Positions 20,833 to 30,583 of a stretch of DNA of 64,000 nt are shown piece by piece. A program made the translations under genes and the position numbers. The notes below the pieces were generated by a model. It made no database searches. It saw only the letters and a program-made list of their open reading frames with translations, and was not told where the DNA came from. Position 1 is the stretch's first letter. Every line of letters starts with the position of its first letter. The DNA is from a virus. The stretch lies in the IMG/VR virus record IMGVR_UViG_3300025789_000020. One strand, 5' to 3'.

Positions 20833-21588
20833 ATGTCAAATTTAAGAGACTTGCTTCCTTCAAGTGCGCCTAATACAGCCTACAAACAGCAGGTGATTAG
20901 TGTGTATAACACTAACATTGACTCTGTTTCAAATGGCGGTGCATGCTGTTGCTGGGTAGTGCCAACTGGCGTTACTTGGGCAGTATTTGAAACATGGAGC
21001 GGCGGCGGAGACGGTGCAGGTGCATGTTGTTGTATGGGTCCGTATTGGGGACCTGGAGGCGGCAACTACAGTAAAAAATATCTACCAGTAACATCTGGCA
21101 CTTACTTTATCCTATGCGGCGGTGGCTCAGGCTGTTGCGCACAGCAGTGTTGTGGTACATGTGGATTATCAAGTTTCGCACTTTGCGCAAACAACACAAA
21201 CGTAGCATATTCATGCGGCGGATACATGGGATGTGTATTGTGTTTTAGAACATACATGGGCTGTACTGGTATTTGTATACCTAGTTGCTCATATGGTTGC
21301 TACTCATTAAACTACGATCTTACAATGCCTTCAGTATCAAGCCCAAACAAAGTAAGTAATTACTGCTGGAGTAACCAATGGGAATGGTCACATGGAGTTT
21401 CAAAATACGGTAATTACATTCGTCAAGGTATGGATTACTGCTTAGTTAGTTTAACAATTTCAGGCCGCAATATGATGTGCGGCGCAAAATGGCCAGGCGG
21501 CGCAGGTAATAGCGCAACTGCTTGCGGCGGCGGATGCTGTTGGGGTGGTTGGGGTGCAGGCGGCTTAGCCATGGTAACATACGGATAA
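20833..21588 (+). CDS. Cys/Gly-rich putative fibre-tip adhesin, paralogue 1 (26 Cys)
   Basis: W.VP.G...FE.W.GGG.G.GACCC ... WPGG ... CCWGGWG.GGL..VTY. Confidence 0.55.
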   Translation: MSNLRDLLPSSAPNTAYKQQVISVYNTNIDSVSNGGACCCWVVPTGVTWAVFETWSGGGDGAGACCCMGPYWGPGGGNYSKKYLPVTSGTYFILCGGGSGCCAQQCCGTCGLSSFALCANNTNVAYSCGGYMGCVLCFRTYMGCTGICIPSCSYGCYSLNYDLTMPSVSSPNKVSNYCWSNQWEWSHGVSKYGNYIRQGMDYCLVSLTISGRNMMCGAKWPGGAGNSATACGGGCCWGGWGAGGLAMVTYG

Positions 21589-21601
21589 AAAGGATATAAA
21601 A

Positions 21602-22297
21602 ATGGATCAACAAGAAAAAGAGAATTTTGAGAATCCCCGAGTTGAGGTAACATTTACCTATGACATCGCTGATCAATATCTCTATCAAACAAATACACTA
21701 AAGAAAACTGCGCAATGGACTTATAAAGGTCCAGAGCATCTATGGATCTTTATTGACAAAGCTACTATGAAAATTTCTAGTCGTTTCCACTATACACTAC
21801 GTGACGATGGTCACCTAGTACCATGTCCAGAAGATATGATCAAAGTAGAGCTGGATGCTAAGAAGTGGCCATGTATTGCTAGTCTAATACACAATGAATA
21901 CACATATGGTGAATTGCCTCATACTTTAGAACAATTACCTGATGGTGCAACATACGGTCACCCAGATCCTATTCCACCAGACCACACATATGAACTAATT
22001 GAAATTGTATGGGATGCTGACAAACAAGACTTTGTTACTCCATATCCATGGAAAAAGCCACATATGGATTGGGATACATTAACAGCCGCACGTGATGCAA
22101 TTCTAAAGAATACAGATCAACCTTATCATCAAGCAATTGATCCAGTTATTAAACAAAAATTATCAGAGTACCGTCAAAAGTTACGTGATCTTCCAAAGAC
22201 ATTTGCAGGTATTGACCCATGGAAAGTTCCATTCCCGACAGATCCAGTTGCTGTGGTAATGCCAACTACTCCAGGCGATCTTGGTCCTAAAGTATAA
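21602..22297 (+). CDS. Tail fibre assembly chaperone-like (Tfa-type) protein 1
   Basis: C-terminal R...L..TD ... EYRQKLRDLP motif; lies directly after a fibre-tip gene. Confidence 0.65.
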   Translation: MDQQEKENFENPRVEVTFTYDIADQYLYQTNTLKKTAQWTYKGPEHLWIFIDKATMKISSRFHYTLRDDGHLVPCPEDMIKVELDAKKWPCIASLIHNEYTYGELPHTLEQLPDGATYGHPDPIPPDHTYELIEIVWDADKQDFVTPYPWKKPHMDWDTLTAARDAILKNTDQPYHQAIDPVIKQKLSEYRQKLRDLPKTFAGIDPWKVPFPTDPVAVVMPTTPGDLGPKV

Positions 22298-22315
22298 TCT
22301 GGAGAATATTATAAT

Positions 22316-23071
22316 ATGAGTAGCTTAACACAGTTTTTTCCAGACAGTAGATATATATTTAATATCCCACAAACCTACGGTAACTTGTATGTATACAACG
22401 GTAACACTGGTGCCGCAGTTCAGGACGGTGGAAAATGCTGTTTATGGGTTGTTCCAGCTGGGGTAGCCTGGGCTAAATTTGAAGTCTGGGGAGCAGGCGG
22501 TGATGGAGGTGGCGCATGTTGCTGTCAACAACCTTCACAAGGTGGAGGTTCAGGTACTTACTCACGTAAGACTATTCGTGTAGTTCCAGGACAATGCTAC
22601 TTAATCTGTGCAGGTGGGTCAGGATGTTGTGCCCAAGATGCTCACGGTACTGCTGGTTTCCCAAGTTTTGCACAAGGTGCAGGTACAGTTACCTATTCAC
22701 TAAACTTGTGTTCAAGTGGCGGATACGGTGGTCAAAGTTGTTGCTGGGCGGCAATTGGTGGTAACTACCACTGTGCAACTAACGTATGCGGATGCGCATG
22801 CGGATATGACTTAGCAATTTGCGGAGTTACTGGTGCATCACACGAAGGTTGGTGCGGATATGACTCATGGCACATGATGGGATCTCCAACATATATTGGT
22901 GCAGGTACACGTACATCATTCACAGAATGTGGTGAATCATGGATGGGATGTGCAATGAGCGGCAACTTTAATGCTTGGCCAGGTGGTGGCGGTGGAACTG
23001 CAATCAGTTATGGCGGGTGTTGTTGGGGCGGTTGGGGCTCAGGCGGCCTAGTCCAAGTAACTTACAGATAA
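22316..23071 (+). CDS. Cys/Gly-rich putative fibre-tip adhesin, paralogue 2 (22 Cys)
   Basis: Same motif framework as 20833..21588; SD GGAG. Confidence 0.55.
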   Translation: MSSLTQFFPDSRYIFNIPQTYGNLYVYNGNTGAAVQDGGKCCLWVVPAGVAWAKFEVWGAGGDGGGACCCQQPSQGGGSGTYSRKTIRVVPGQCYLICAGGSGCCAQDAHGTAGFPSFAQGAGTVTYSLNLCSSGGYGGQSCCWAAIGGNYHCATNVCGCACGYDLAICGVTGASHEGWCGYDSWHMMGSPTYIGAGTRTSFTECGESWMGCAMSGNFNAWPGGGGGTAISYGGCCWGGWGSGGLVQVTYR

Positions 23072-23084
23072 GGCGCAAATAACT

Positions 23085-23846
23085 ATGTCAGATTTAAGAT
23101 CATTAATGTACACGCTAAATTATTCAGCTGGTACAAACTATCCTACAGAATTACTAGTATACAATACTAGTTATAACTCAGGAGCAAACGGCGGACAATG
23201 CTGTAACTTCGTAGTGCCAGCTGGCGCATCTTTTGTCACATTTGAAATGTGGGGTGGAGGCGGTGGTGGCTCTGGAGCATGTTGCTGTATGCAATCATGG
23301 CCAGGTGGTGGCGCAAGTTATTCTGTAAAAACTGTGTATAGTTCAGCCCTTGCAGGATGCTCATACACAGTATGTGCCGCAGGTACAACGTATCAATCAG
23401 TTAACTGTATTGGCTGCGGTGGCAATACTAGTTATGTTACAGGTTATGGCTTAAGTAACTTCTGTGCTAACGGTGGTAGTTATGGAAACGCTACTTGCTG
23501 GTTGTATTTCTCATGCTATACATGTTCAACAGAAATGCCATATTGCTGTTGCGCATACGGTGGCGACGTAAATATCCACGGTATTCAAAGTGGGTATACT
23601 GGTAGTACATGGTGCGCACAGTACGGACAACAACACGCTCAAACTGCTCCGGCAGCACAATCAGGTCCATTCTATGGCCCAGGTGGCTGTATTAACGGAA
23701 GTCAACAAGGTAACTTAGGTTGCTCTGGTTGGTTTGGTTATACTCCATTCCCAGGCGGTGGTGGCCTAAGTGCGCAAGCCTACGGCGGTAGCTGTTGGTG
23801 TGGCGGCATGGGCGGCGGCGGTTTAGTTTCAATTACATACGGATAA
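23085..23846 (+). CDS. Cys/Gly-rich putative fibre-tip adhesin, paralogue 3 (21 Cys)
   Basis: Same motif framework (GACCC, FPGGGG, GGLVSITYG). Confidence 0.55.
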   Translation: MSDLRSLMYTLNYSAGTNYPTELLVYNTSYNSGANGGQCCNFVVPAGASFVTFEMWGGGGGGSGACCCMQSWPGGGASYSVKTVYSSALAGCSYTVCAAGTTYQSVNCIGCGGNTSYVTGYGLSNFCANGGSYGNATCWLYFSCYTCSTEMPYCCCAYGGDVNIHGIQSGYTGSTWCAQYGQQHAQTAPAAQSGPFYGPGGCINGSQQGNLGCSGWFGYTPFPGGGGLSAQAYGGSCWCGGMGGGGLVSITYG

Positions 23847-23850
23847 AAAA

Positions 23851-24783
23851 ATGGCAGATTTAACAACAAATACAATTATTGAAAAAACATTTACGTATGA
23901 TGTGCCAGATGACTATCTAAGTACAGAGCGTACTTTAAATAAAACAGCAACTCATACGTATAAAGGCCCAAACAAAATTTGGGTATTTGTAGACAAAGAA
24001 ACAAATAAGTATGCAGGTCCGTGGCTTACCGAAGCAGAAGACGGCGCTGATGTTCCAGAACCATTGCACAAAACTAAAGTAATGGTTGACTGCGAAACAA
24101 ATCCTATTATCTGTCAAATTATCGGTGCTGATATTTTACATCGTACACCATATGACGAGCTTGAGCAACTTTCAGAAACATTACCAGACGGCAGTGTATA
24201 TACTCGTGTGAAAGATACCCCTCCAGATCATACTCACGATCACACTGAATTAACTTGGAATCCTACAACTAGTACGTGGGTACTACCTGCATTTAGAGAG
24301 CCACATGTTACATGGCACGATCTTAGAAAATGGCGTAACAACTCATTAACTACAACTGATGCATTAGTAGCAGATGATACTCCTGACAGTCATAAAGCTT
24401 CTTGGGAAGAATTCCGTCAAAAACTACGCGATATGCCACAAGTACACGGTGCAGTTAATGTAGAGCATGATGCTGATGTTACAGCAACAGCTCCTGTTAA
24501 CACACCACATCAATTTGTTATTCAATTAACTGATGTCACTGGTATTATAGCTGATATGTGGGTAAGTAATACAGATTGGACATTGCAAAATGGGTTATTT
24601 GACCCAGGTGCAATTACTTCAGTAGTAAGTGTTGACGCTGTTACAAAACAAGTTACATTAAGTACTCCAATTATTCGTCAAGTTGAAGATACAAACAAGG
24701 CAATTAAGTTTCACGGTGAACCAACTACTAAACCTTGGAAGTGGCAACCTATAAAAAGTCCAGACGGCACATACGGTGCTTAA
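23851..24783 (+). CDS. Tail fibre assembly chaperone-like protein 2
   Basis: Paralogue of 21602..22297 (FTYD..D.YL, YKGP..W, LPDG..Y, PPDHT, FRQKLRDMP). Confidence 0.65.
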   Translation: MADLTTNTIIEKTFTYDVPDDYLSTERTLNKTATHTYKGPNKIWVFVDKETNKYAGPWLTEAEDGADVPEPLHKTKVMVDCETNPIICQIIGADILHRTPYDELEQLSETLPDGSVYTRVKDTPPDHTHDHTELTWNPTTSTWVLPAFREPHVTWHDLRKWRNNSLTTTDALVADDTPDSHKASWEEFRQKLRDMPQVHGAVNVEHDADVTATAPVNTPHQFVIQLTDVTGIIADMWVSNTDWTLQNGLFDPGAITSVVSVDAVTKQVTLSTPIIRQVEDTNKAIKFHGEPTTKPWKWQPIKSPDGTYGA

Positions 24784-24792
24784 TATGACAAC

Positions 24793-24820
24793 AAAAAAGC
24801 ACCCTAGGGTGCTTTTTTTT
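24793..24820. terminator. Bidirectional intrinsic terminator
   Basis: AAAAAA-GCACCCTAGGGTGC-TTTTTTTT between convergent operons. Confidence 0.85.
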
Positions 24821-26609
24821 AGTTTGCTATTTTAATTAGCTTACCTAATTCTGGCAAATACAAATATTCAATATCACTACGTACTAGTGTATCGACCGCA
24901 TCGTCTAGAGTTTCAACTAACGGATCACCACCTAGATTAAAACTTGTGTTAAACAAGATAGGAACTCCTGTACGATCGTAGAACGCTTTAATTAAAGCGT
25001 AGTAGTGATTGTTTTCTTCTTGAGTAACTGTTTGGATACGGCAAGTTCCGTCAACGTGAATAATACTTGGGATCTTTTCAGCAACTCCATCTTGACAGTT
25101 TACAGCGTACATCATGTAAGGACTGTCTTCCATACCGCGTAGATCAAACCACTCGTGTACGTGTTCTTGTAGAATACTACCAGCAAATGGTCGGAAATAT
25201 TCACGGTGTTTAACTTCGTTAACAAAATCCTTACCATCTTCATAAGTTGGATTAAACAAGATACTACGATTGCCTAATGCACGTGGTCCGTTTTCTGAAC
25301 GACCTTGATAAAAACAAACAATATTTTTGTTTAGTAGTAGTTCAACAATATCTTCGTTAGTTGCATCTGTGATTTCTGCACCATTGTCAGCGTACTTAGA
25401 CAAGTCATCAGCAGTATAGTCATACTTAAATCCTAGATATAATCTATTTTTAGTATAGTCAATGTTGCTGTCTTGATCAATGATATCTTTATAGTACAAT
25501 AATCCAGCACCGATTGCAGTACCAGCATCATTACTAATTGGTTCTACATAAATTTCAATACCTTCATCTTTCAACGCATCTAGATAATGGTAGTTAGCAA
25601 CGCAGTTCAAACCATACCCACCACTAATAACAACTTTCTTTTGACCGGTTTTTTCAACAGCCATGCGGATCAAACGAACAACTTGTTCTTGAGTCTGTGT
25701 CTGGCATGCATATGCTAAATCTCTACGATTTTCTAATTGTGTAATATCTTTATCAAATCCGTCTAAGTAAGGAAACAGTCCATAATTAACTTGGGCACCA
25801 TTTGGATATGTTGGCACAATAAGGTTACGATTGGCTAAAGGAAAGATACTTGAGTCATCAAACAACTTAGGAATGTTTGAATTCTCTTTACCATATGGGA
25901 ACAATCCCATAGTTTTACCAGCTTCAATAGAATCCCAACCGCAGTATCTAGTAACAGCTTCGTATACTTTTGTAATACCGGCACGATCAGTAATCAATGC
26001 TTCGTGAGTGTACCCTGGTTCGTCTTGCGGAGTGCTGTCAAAGTTTTCGATAAACGTGCCTGGCATAGGTCCACGTAACCCAATATGCTTATAAACAGTT
26101 GTAAACTTTGCAGGATAAGAACAATTATAAATTGATTCAGTTTCCCAACCAATAACTTGTTCATTATTAATCATCAATGGAATAAATGTTCCTGCACCAT
26201 CGACAATTAACGCTACCGCTTCGTCAAATCCTGAACGATAAAATGCACATGCCGCATGTAATTTGTGATGAATATGACTCATGTCAACAACTTGTGGATG
26301 ATCATACGGATTTTCGTGACGGCTAATAAGCCCTAATTTTCTAGCTAGACCTGTATAAATGTCATCGCCACTAAAATCAATTTTACCAGCAGTATCTTTT
26401 AGACCCTGAGTATGTGCAATTACTAGATAATCAATCTTATCAGTGTAATCTAAAATTTTCAACATAGCAGCCAATGGTCCGCCATCGTATTTTTTACGGC
26501 TTAGACGCTCTTCTTCAATACTGAAAATAATTTCACCATTTTTAAGCAAGCATACACTGCCGTTGTGACCGCGGGCGACAGCGGCAATCCAAATATCTTT
26601 ATCTTTCAT
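24819..26609 (-). CDS. O-carbamoyltransferase, NodU/CmcH/TobZ family
   Basis: EEERLSR.K, HHKLHA, DGAG, GKTMGL, SGG.GLN..AN, NDAG, GPRALGNRS, RPFA, HVDGT.R.QT and NTSFN motifs. Confidence 0.92.
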   Translation of the reverse strand: MKDKDIWIAAVARGHNGSVCLLKNGEIIFSIEEERLSRKKYDGGPLAAMLKILDYTDKIDYLVIAHTQGLKDTAGKIDFSGDDIYTGLARKLGLISRHENPYDHPQVVDMSHIHHKLHAACAFYRSGFDEAVALIVDGAGTFIPLMINNEQVIGWETESIYNCSYPAKFTTVYKHIGLRGPMPGTFIENFDSTPQDEPGYTHEALITDRAGITKVYEAVTRYCGWDSIEAGKTMGLFPYGKENSNIPKLFDDSSIFPLANRNLIVPTYPNGAQVNYGLFPYLDGFDKDITQLENRRDLAYACQTQTQEQVVRLIRMAVEKTGQKKVVISGGYGLNCVANYHYLDALKDEGIEIYVEPISNDAGTAIGAGLLYYKDIIDQDSNIDYTKNRLYLGFKYDYTADDLSKYADNGAEITDATNEDIVELLLNKNIVCFYQGRSENGPRALGNRSILFNPTYEDGKDFVNEVKHREYFRPFAGSILQEHVHEWFDLRGMEDSPYMMYAVNCQDGVAEKIPSIIHVDGTCRIQTVTQEENNHYYALIKAFYDRTGVPILFNTSFNLGGDPLVETLDDAVDTLVRSDIEYLYLPELGKLIKIAN

Positions 26610-26622
26610 AATTAATCCTTGT

Positions 26623-27546
26623 TTAAAAACCTTCTAGAGGAAACGGCCATCTAAGTTTATGGTGTGCCGAGTCCGGAAATCCCATTTTCTTCGATAAGTT
26701 AAGTTCGAATAAATTCTTATTAAATCTAAACTTCTTTTGTAATGCATCTACACTATCAGCAATTTCCCAAGAAGTTTTCATAGTTGCATCACTTAATTGT
26801 AACTTCTCTTTCAACTGGTTGTCAAGCCATAAGGCATGTTGTCTTGTACTAGGATGCGTATCATAAAATACAGCATCTTTTTTTCGAGTATCATCAAATT
26901 GAAAAGTTAGTTCAGCATGTTTTTGCGCAAATATCTCTAACGGTTCTAACCAATGGTCTGCATTATCAGTCCATATGGCATTTTCATACACACGCATTTC
27001 TGGAATTTTAACCCACAACACATTTTTAATGTCCTTGTCACCTGGTTTCAGGAAACCGCTATCTTCGCCAATACCGTCGTTGGCCCTAATATCAGCACCT
27101 ATGTTTCTAATGTCACCGATACTGGTCATATACCAAGTGCATCCAGTTGATTTTAATAAACCTTGTGTTAGCAACACATGATTAAGTGTATGCATAATCC
27201 ACGCAGGTTCAAAAAAGAATGTTTTAATCCACTCTAGGCTATATATTTTTTCATTAATGTAGTTAAAAATACTGCCACAAGTTTGCCATCCAGGAAATTT
27301 GCTAACTGTTGGTTTTTGATGCCACCAATCGTTACGCAAGTGACTAGACCATTGTACAATAACTGTATCTTCTGGACCAAACTTGTATTTGGCATGTGCT
27401 TCTGCAACACGTTCTGCAATAGCACGATTACCTAATCCACTCATGCCCCAATTTTTATGTAACTTATAATTCATACCAGCAAGATCTGCCCACGTAGGCC
27501 AACTGTAGCTAGTATAACTGCAACCGAATGTAAAAAGTCTTGACAT
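26623..27546 (-). CDS. SGNH/GDSL-like protein (putative acyltransferase/esterase), paralogue A
   Basis: N-terminal FGCSYT, G.SGLGN block, C-terminal DTHP. Confidence 0.5.
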   Translation of the reverse strand: MSRLFTFGCSYTSYSWPTWADLAGMNYKLHKNWGMSGLGNRAIAERVAEAHAKYKFGPEDTVIVQWSSHLRNDWWHQKPTVSKFPGWQTCGSIFNYINEKIYSLEWIKTFFFEPAWIMHTLNHVLLTQGLLKSTGCTWYMTSIGDIRNIGADIRANDGIGEDSGFLKPGDKDIKNVLWVKIPEMRVYENAIWTDNADHWLEPLEIFAQKHAELTFQFDDTRKKDAVFYDTHPSTRQHALWLDNQLKEKLQLSDATMKTSWEIADSVDALQKKFRFNKNLFELNLSKKMGFPDSAHHKLRWPFPLEGF

Positions 27547-27547
27547 G

Positions 27548-28444
27548 TTAAATTCCCATATATGGTAAATTCCAGTACTGTGCTAACATGCTATCGCATG
27601 TTTTAAGATCTGGTGCTAACTCTTTAGCTTTATCTGTTAGATCGAACCATGGTGAATAAAGGTCAGACGTATCACTTGTAAGATTTAACTTAGGTCTAAT
27701 AACATCTGCAACATAAGCCGCATGTTGTCTTGGACTAGGATGCAATTCAGGAAACACTAATCGTGGACTGTTTGGATCTTTGAAACTCCACTGTAAGTCT
27801 GGAAAGTTTTTCCATACATACGGTCCTAGGCTAGGTAACCAATTATCGGAGTTGTTATCCCAGATAGCAGTTTTATAATCCCATAATGATTCATATTTTG
27901 AATCTTGCCATACGCTGTATCCAGTAGAAGCTTTGTTAATATTCTCGCCATGCAAGACACCAATATCTGTGCCTAACGCATCTAAATCAGCCATGCTAGT
28001 CATATACCATTTAACGCCAGTTGATTTTAGTAATCCTTGAGTCAACGAAATATTATTAAGTGTGTGTAGAAAATATGACTTTTCATCGAAAAACTGATTA
28101 ATCCATTGTGTATCATACACTGTATTATTAATGTAGTTAAACATACTGCCGCCAGTTTTCCATCCGCCTTGTCCTACAAATGGACCAGACTGATGATAAT
28201 TTATACGTCTACGTTCAGTATGATAATCATTCCGCAGGTGACTAGACCATTGTACAATTACTACGTCATCTGGTGTAAATTTATTTTTAACATTACACTC
28301 AGCAACACGCTCTGCAATAGCACGATTTCCTAATCCAAGATATCCCCAGTTTTCATGTTGGGTAAATTCAAGTCCTAAGAAATCTGCCCAGCTAGGCCAG
28401 GCATAATGGGTGTAACTACACCCAAAAGTGAACAGTCTACTCAT
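27548..28444 (-). CDS. SGNH/GDSL-like protein, paralogue B
   Basis: Identical start MSRLFTFGCSYT; shared GLGNRAIAERVAE and QWSSHLRND; ELHP. Confidence 0.5.
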   Translation of the reverse strand: MSRLFTFGCSYTHYAWPSWADFLGLEFTQHENWGYLGLGNRAIAERVAECNVKNKFTPDDVVIVQWSSHLRNDYHTERRRINYHQSGPFVGQGGWKTGGSMFNYINNTVYDTQWINQFFDEKSYFLHTLNNISLTQGLLKSTGVKWYMTSMADLDALGTDIGVLHGENINKASTGYSVWQDSKYESLWDYKTAIWDNNSDNWLPSLGPYVWKNFPDLQWSFKDPNSPRLVFPELHPSPRQHAAYVADVIRPKLNLTSDTSDLYSPWFDLTDKAKELAPDLKTCDSMLAQYWNLPYMGI

Positions 28445-29439
28445 GCTTCTTTTTTGCTTACAATTTGCTTAACTTCAACTGGACCTTTAATTGATTCACG
28501 ACTCCAAGTTTTAATGCCATTCTCAACTGATTGTACAATAGCTTCTTCGACCTTATCGTTCATTCGCATAATTCCGTCATTGCCTCGGTCAGCAACTTCG
28601 TCCATAGTAATTCTAATTGGACTATATCTACGAACATCACCGCCCATATCAAGAATATCAAATTTGCTGTAATTAGGATAACTTACGTTAATATCAAATG
28701 TAGAACCTAGTACAACTGTAGCTGGTCGATCAAGTGTATAGGCTAAATGTTGTCCTACACTATCGCATCCTAAGAAATAGTCAGCATTACCGATAACTGA
28801 ACACCATTGGCGTAGGCTGACATTTTGTGGATGAGCTACTGGATCTTTACAACCGTGTTTCTGGAAGTCGATACCAATTTCGCTCATCATAATGATGCCG
28901 TAACGTTTTTGTAATTTTTTAACAATATTGATTACATGCTCGCCTTCAAAACTTCTACCAGAAGTGTCATATATAACACCACCTTCGGAATGAGTTCCTC
29001 GACCAAAAGGTTGGAAAACAATAATTTTTTCCTTTTTAGTCTTTTCGCGAACTTCTTTAACAAGACTATGCCCTAAAAATAGTTCTTCATTTGATAGTCT
29101 AACATTAGGTTTTTGTAATTCTCGAATACCTTTGTTGTTAATAGCAATGTCAAATGCCTGTGCAATTGAGCATTTTTGATTATAGTATTCCCAAACACGA
29201 TATGGCTCTGGAGTTACTAACTCCATATTAACTAGCTTTTCTTCGAATAAGTTTTTATGCCAATGATCGTAGGCTCTAGGGTGTAGTAGCGGATGTCCTT
29301 TATAAAAGTCAGTTCCGCCTTCGCAAACAATGATAAAATCATTGCCGTTTTCTTCAGCGTATTTTTCAAGTGCTGGGATTGAACAGAGTGTTCTGCCTGC
29401 GCCCCCATTAATAAAAAAGGCCTTTGCTCTTTGAGTCAT
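28441..29439 (-). CDS. Glycosyltransferase, GT9/heptosyltransferase-like GT-B fold
   Basis: N-terminal GG.G.......PAL, central FQPFG, C-terminal ADYFLGCDSVGQHLA...RPATVVLGST. Confidence 0.7.
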   Translation of the reverse strand: MTQRAKAFFINGGAGRTLCSIPALEKYAEENGNDFIIVCEGGTDFYKGHPLLHPRAYDHWHKNLFEEKLVNMELVTPEPYRVWEYYNQKCSIAQAFDIAINNKGIRELQKPNVRLSNEELFLGHSLVKEVREKTKKEKIIVFQPFGRGTHSEGGVIYDTSGRSFEGEHVINIVKKLQKRYGIIMMSEIGIDFQKHGCKDPVAHPQNVSLRQWCSVIGNADYFLGCDSVGQHLAYTLDRPATVVLGSTFDINVSYPNYSKFDILDMGGDVRRYSPIRITMDEVADRGNDGIMRMNDKVEEAIVQSVENGIKTWSRESIKGPVEVKQIVSKKEA

Positions 29440-29554
29440 AGTTAGTCCTATAGTGAAATATACAGTAATTTAGCATATTTTGCGTTCAAGAGCAAGAGTT
29501 TTGAAATAGCTAAATATATAAAATGGCTAAAAGCATGTACATTCTGGTTAAACT

Positions 29555-30568
29555 ATGTTAAATCTAACTACTTATTTTTCTCGGGGACCGCAACATTCGT
29601 TGTCGTTATTACCTGGAACTAACTTCTCTTATAAGGGAAATAGAACACTACTTCCCTCAGTAGCAACTGCTATTGAAATTGATCGTTGGTACGTGGGAAA
29701 TTTTGCTAGTGCCACGTATTTTTTACATGCAGAAGCAGACAGTAATAACAAAGAAAGTATGCATGTGTTAGTTACTGCTCGCCCCGAAGGAGCCGCATTT
29801 ACAATTTTTGGTAGAACTACTCTTACCAATCAAATTGTTACTTTATCTGCCACAGTTAATGACAGCTATTTGATTTTATATGCAACTCCAAACGCTGGGT
29901 TTGCTGGAGCTAAAGTTAGTTTTGCAGTAACATATGCTGAAACTATTTTTCCACTACAAATTCCCACACAAATAACTTCAAGTCCTTCAAGTAGTGGAGG
30001 TGCAGGTGCAGGTGCAGGTAGTGGCGGGTCTGTTCTAATCCCTGCAACAACTACAACACTCGGTGGAGTTATTGTAGACGGGACAACAATTACAGTTGAT
30101 GTAACTGGTAAAATTAGTACAGTGACCAGTTCAATACAGGCAGCGGCAGCGGCTATGCTTACTGGTGGAACACAAACTGGAATAACATTTACATATAATG
30201 CTGGTACAGGTCTTATGACTAGTACCGTAAGTGGCGGTGCTGGCGGTGCTGGAATTACAGGAGTAACTGTACAAAATTCAGGTATAACTAACGGCGCAAC
30301 AGCCGCAGTTACTACTTTAAATTTTACAGGGTCAGGAGTGACTACTACTGTAGCTGGTAGTGTTGCAACTATAGCTATTTCAGGTGGAAGTGGATCAGGT
30401 GGAAGTGGAGCAACATTAAGTGATACTGCTCCTTCTACACCCGGTAGTGGAAATTTATGGCTTAACACTACTACTGGTCAACTATTCATATATACCGGAA
30501 GCCAGTGGGTGCAACCTGTAGATTCAATATCTATAAGTAGCATCGATGGCGGAGCAGCCGCTGGATAA
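29555..30568 (+). CDS. Virion fibre/decoration protein
   Basis: TAAATA upstream; PAT...LGG..VDG repeat, G.LW.NT..G.L.IY.G.QW motif, IDGG.A end. Confidence 0.6.
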   Translation: MLNLTTYFSRGPQHSLSLLPGTNFSYKGNRTLLPSVATAIEIDRWYVGNFASATYFLHAEADSNNKESMHVLVTARPEGAAFTIFGRTTLTNQIVTLSATVNDSYLILYATPNAGFAGAKVSFAVTYAETIFPLQIPTQITSSPSSSGGAGAGAGSGGSVLIPATTTTLGGVIVDGTTITVDVTGKISTVTSSIQAAAAAMLTGGTQTGITFTYNAGTGLMTSTVSGGAGGAGITGVTVQNSGITNGATAAVTTLNFTGSGVTTTVAGSVATIAISGGSGSGGSGATLSDTAPSTPGSGNLWLNTTTGQLFIYTGSQWVQPVDSISISSIDGGAAAG

Positions 30569-30583
30569 AAATTAGGAGATAAC

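Noticed and set aside
20833-23846. RiPP precursors or metallothionein-type genes
   Set aside because: About 250 aa with a conserved folded framework, under a late promoter and paired with Tfa-like genes; a structural role fits better.
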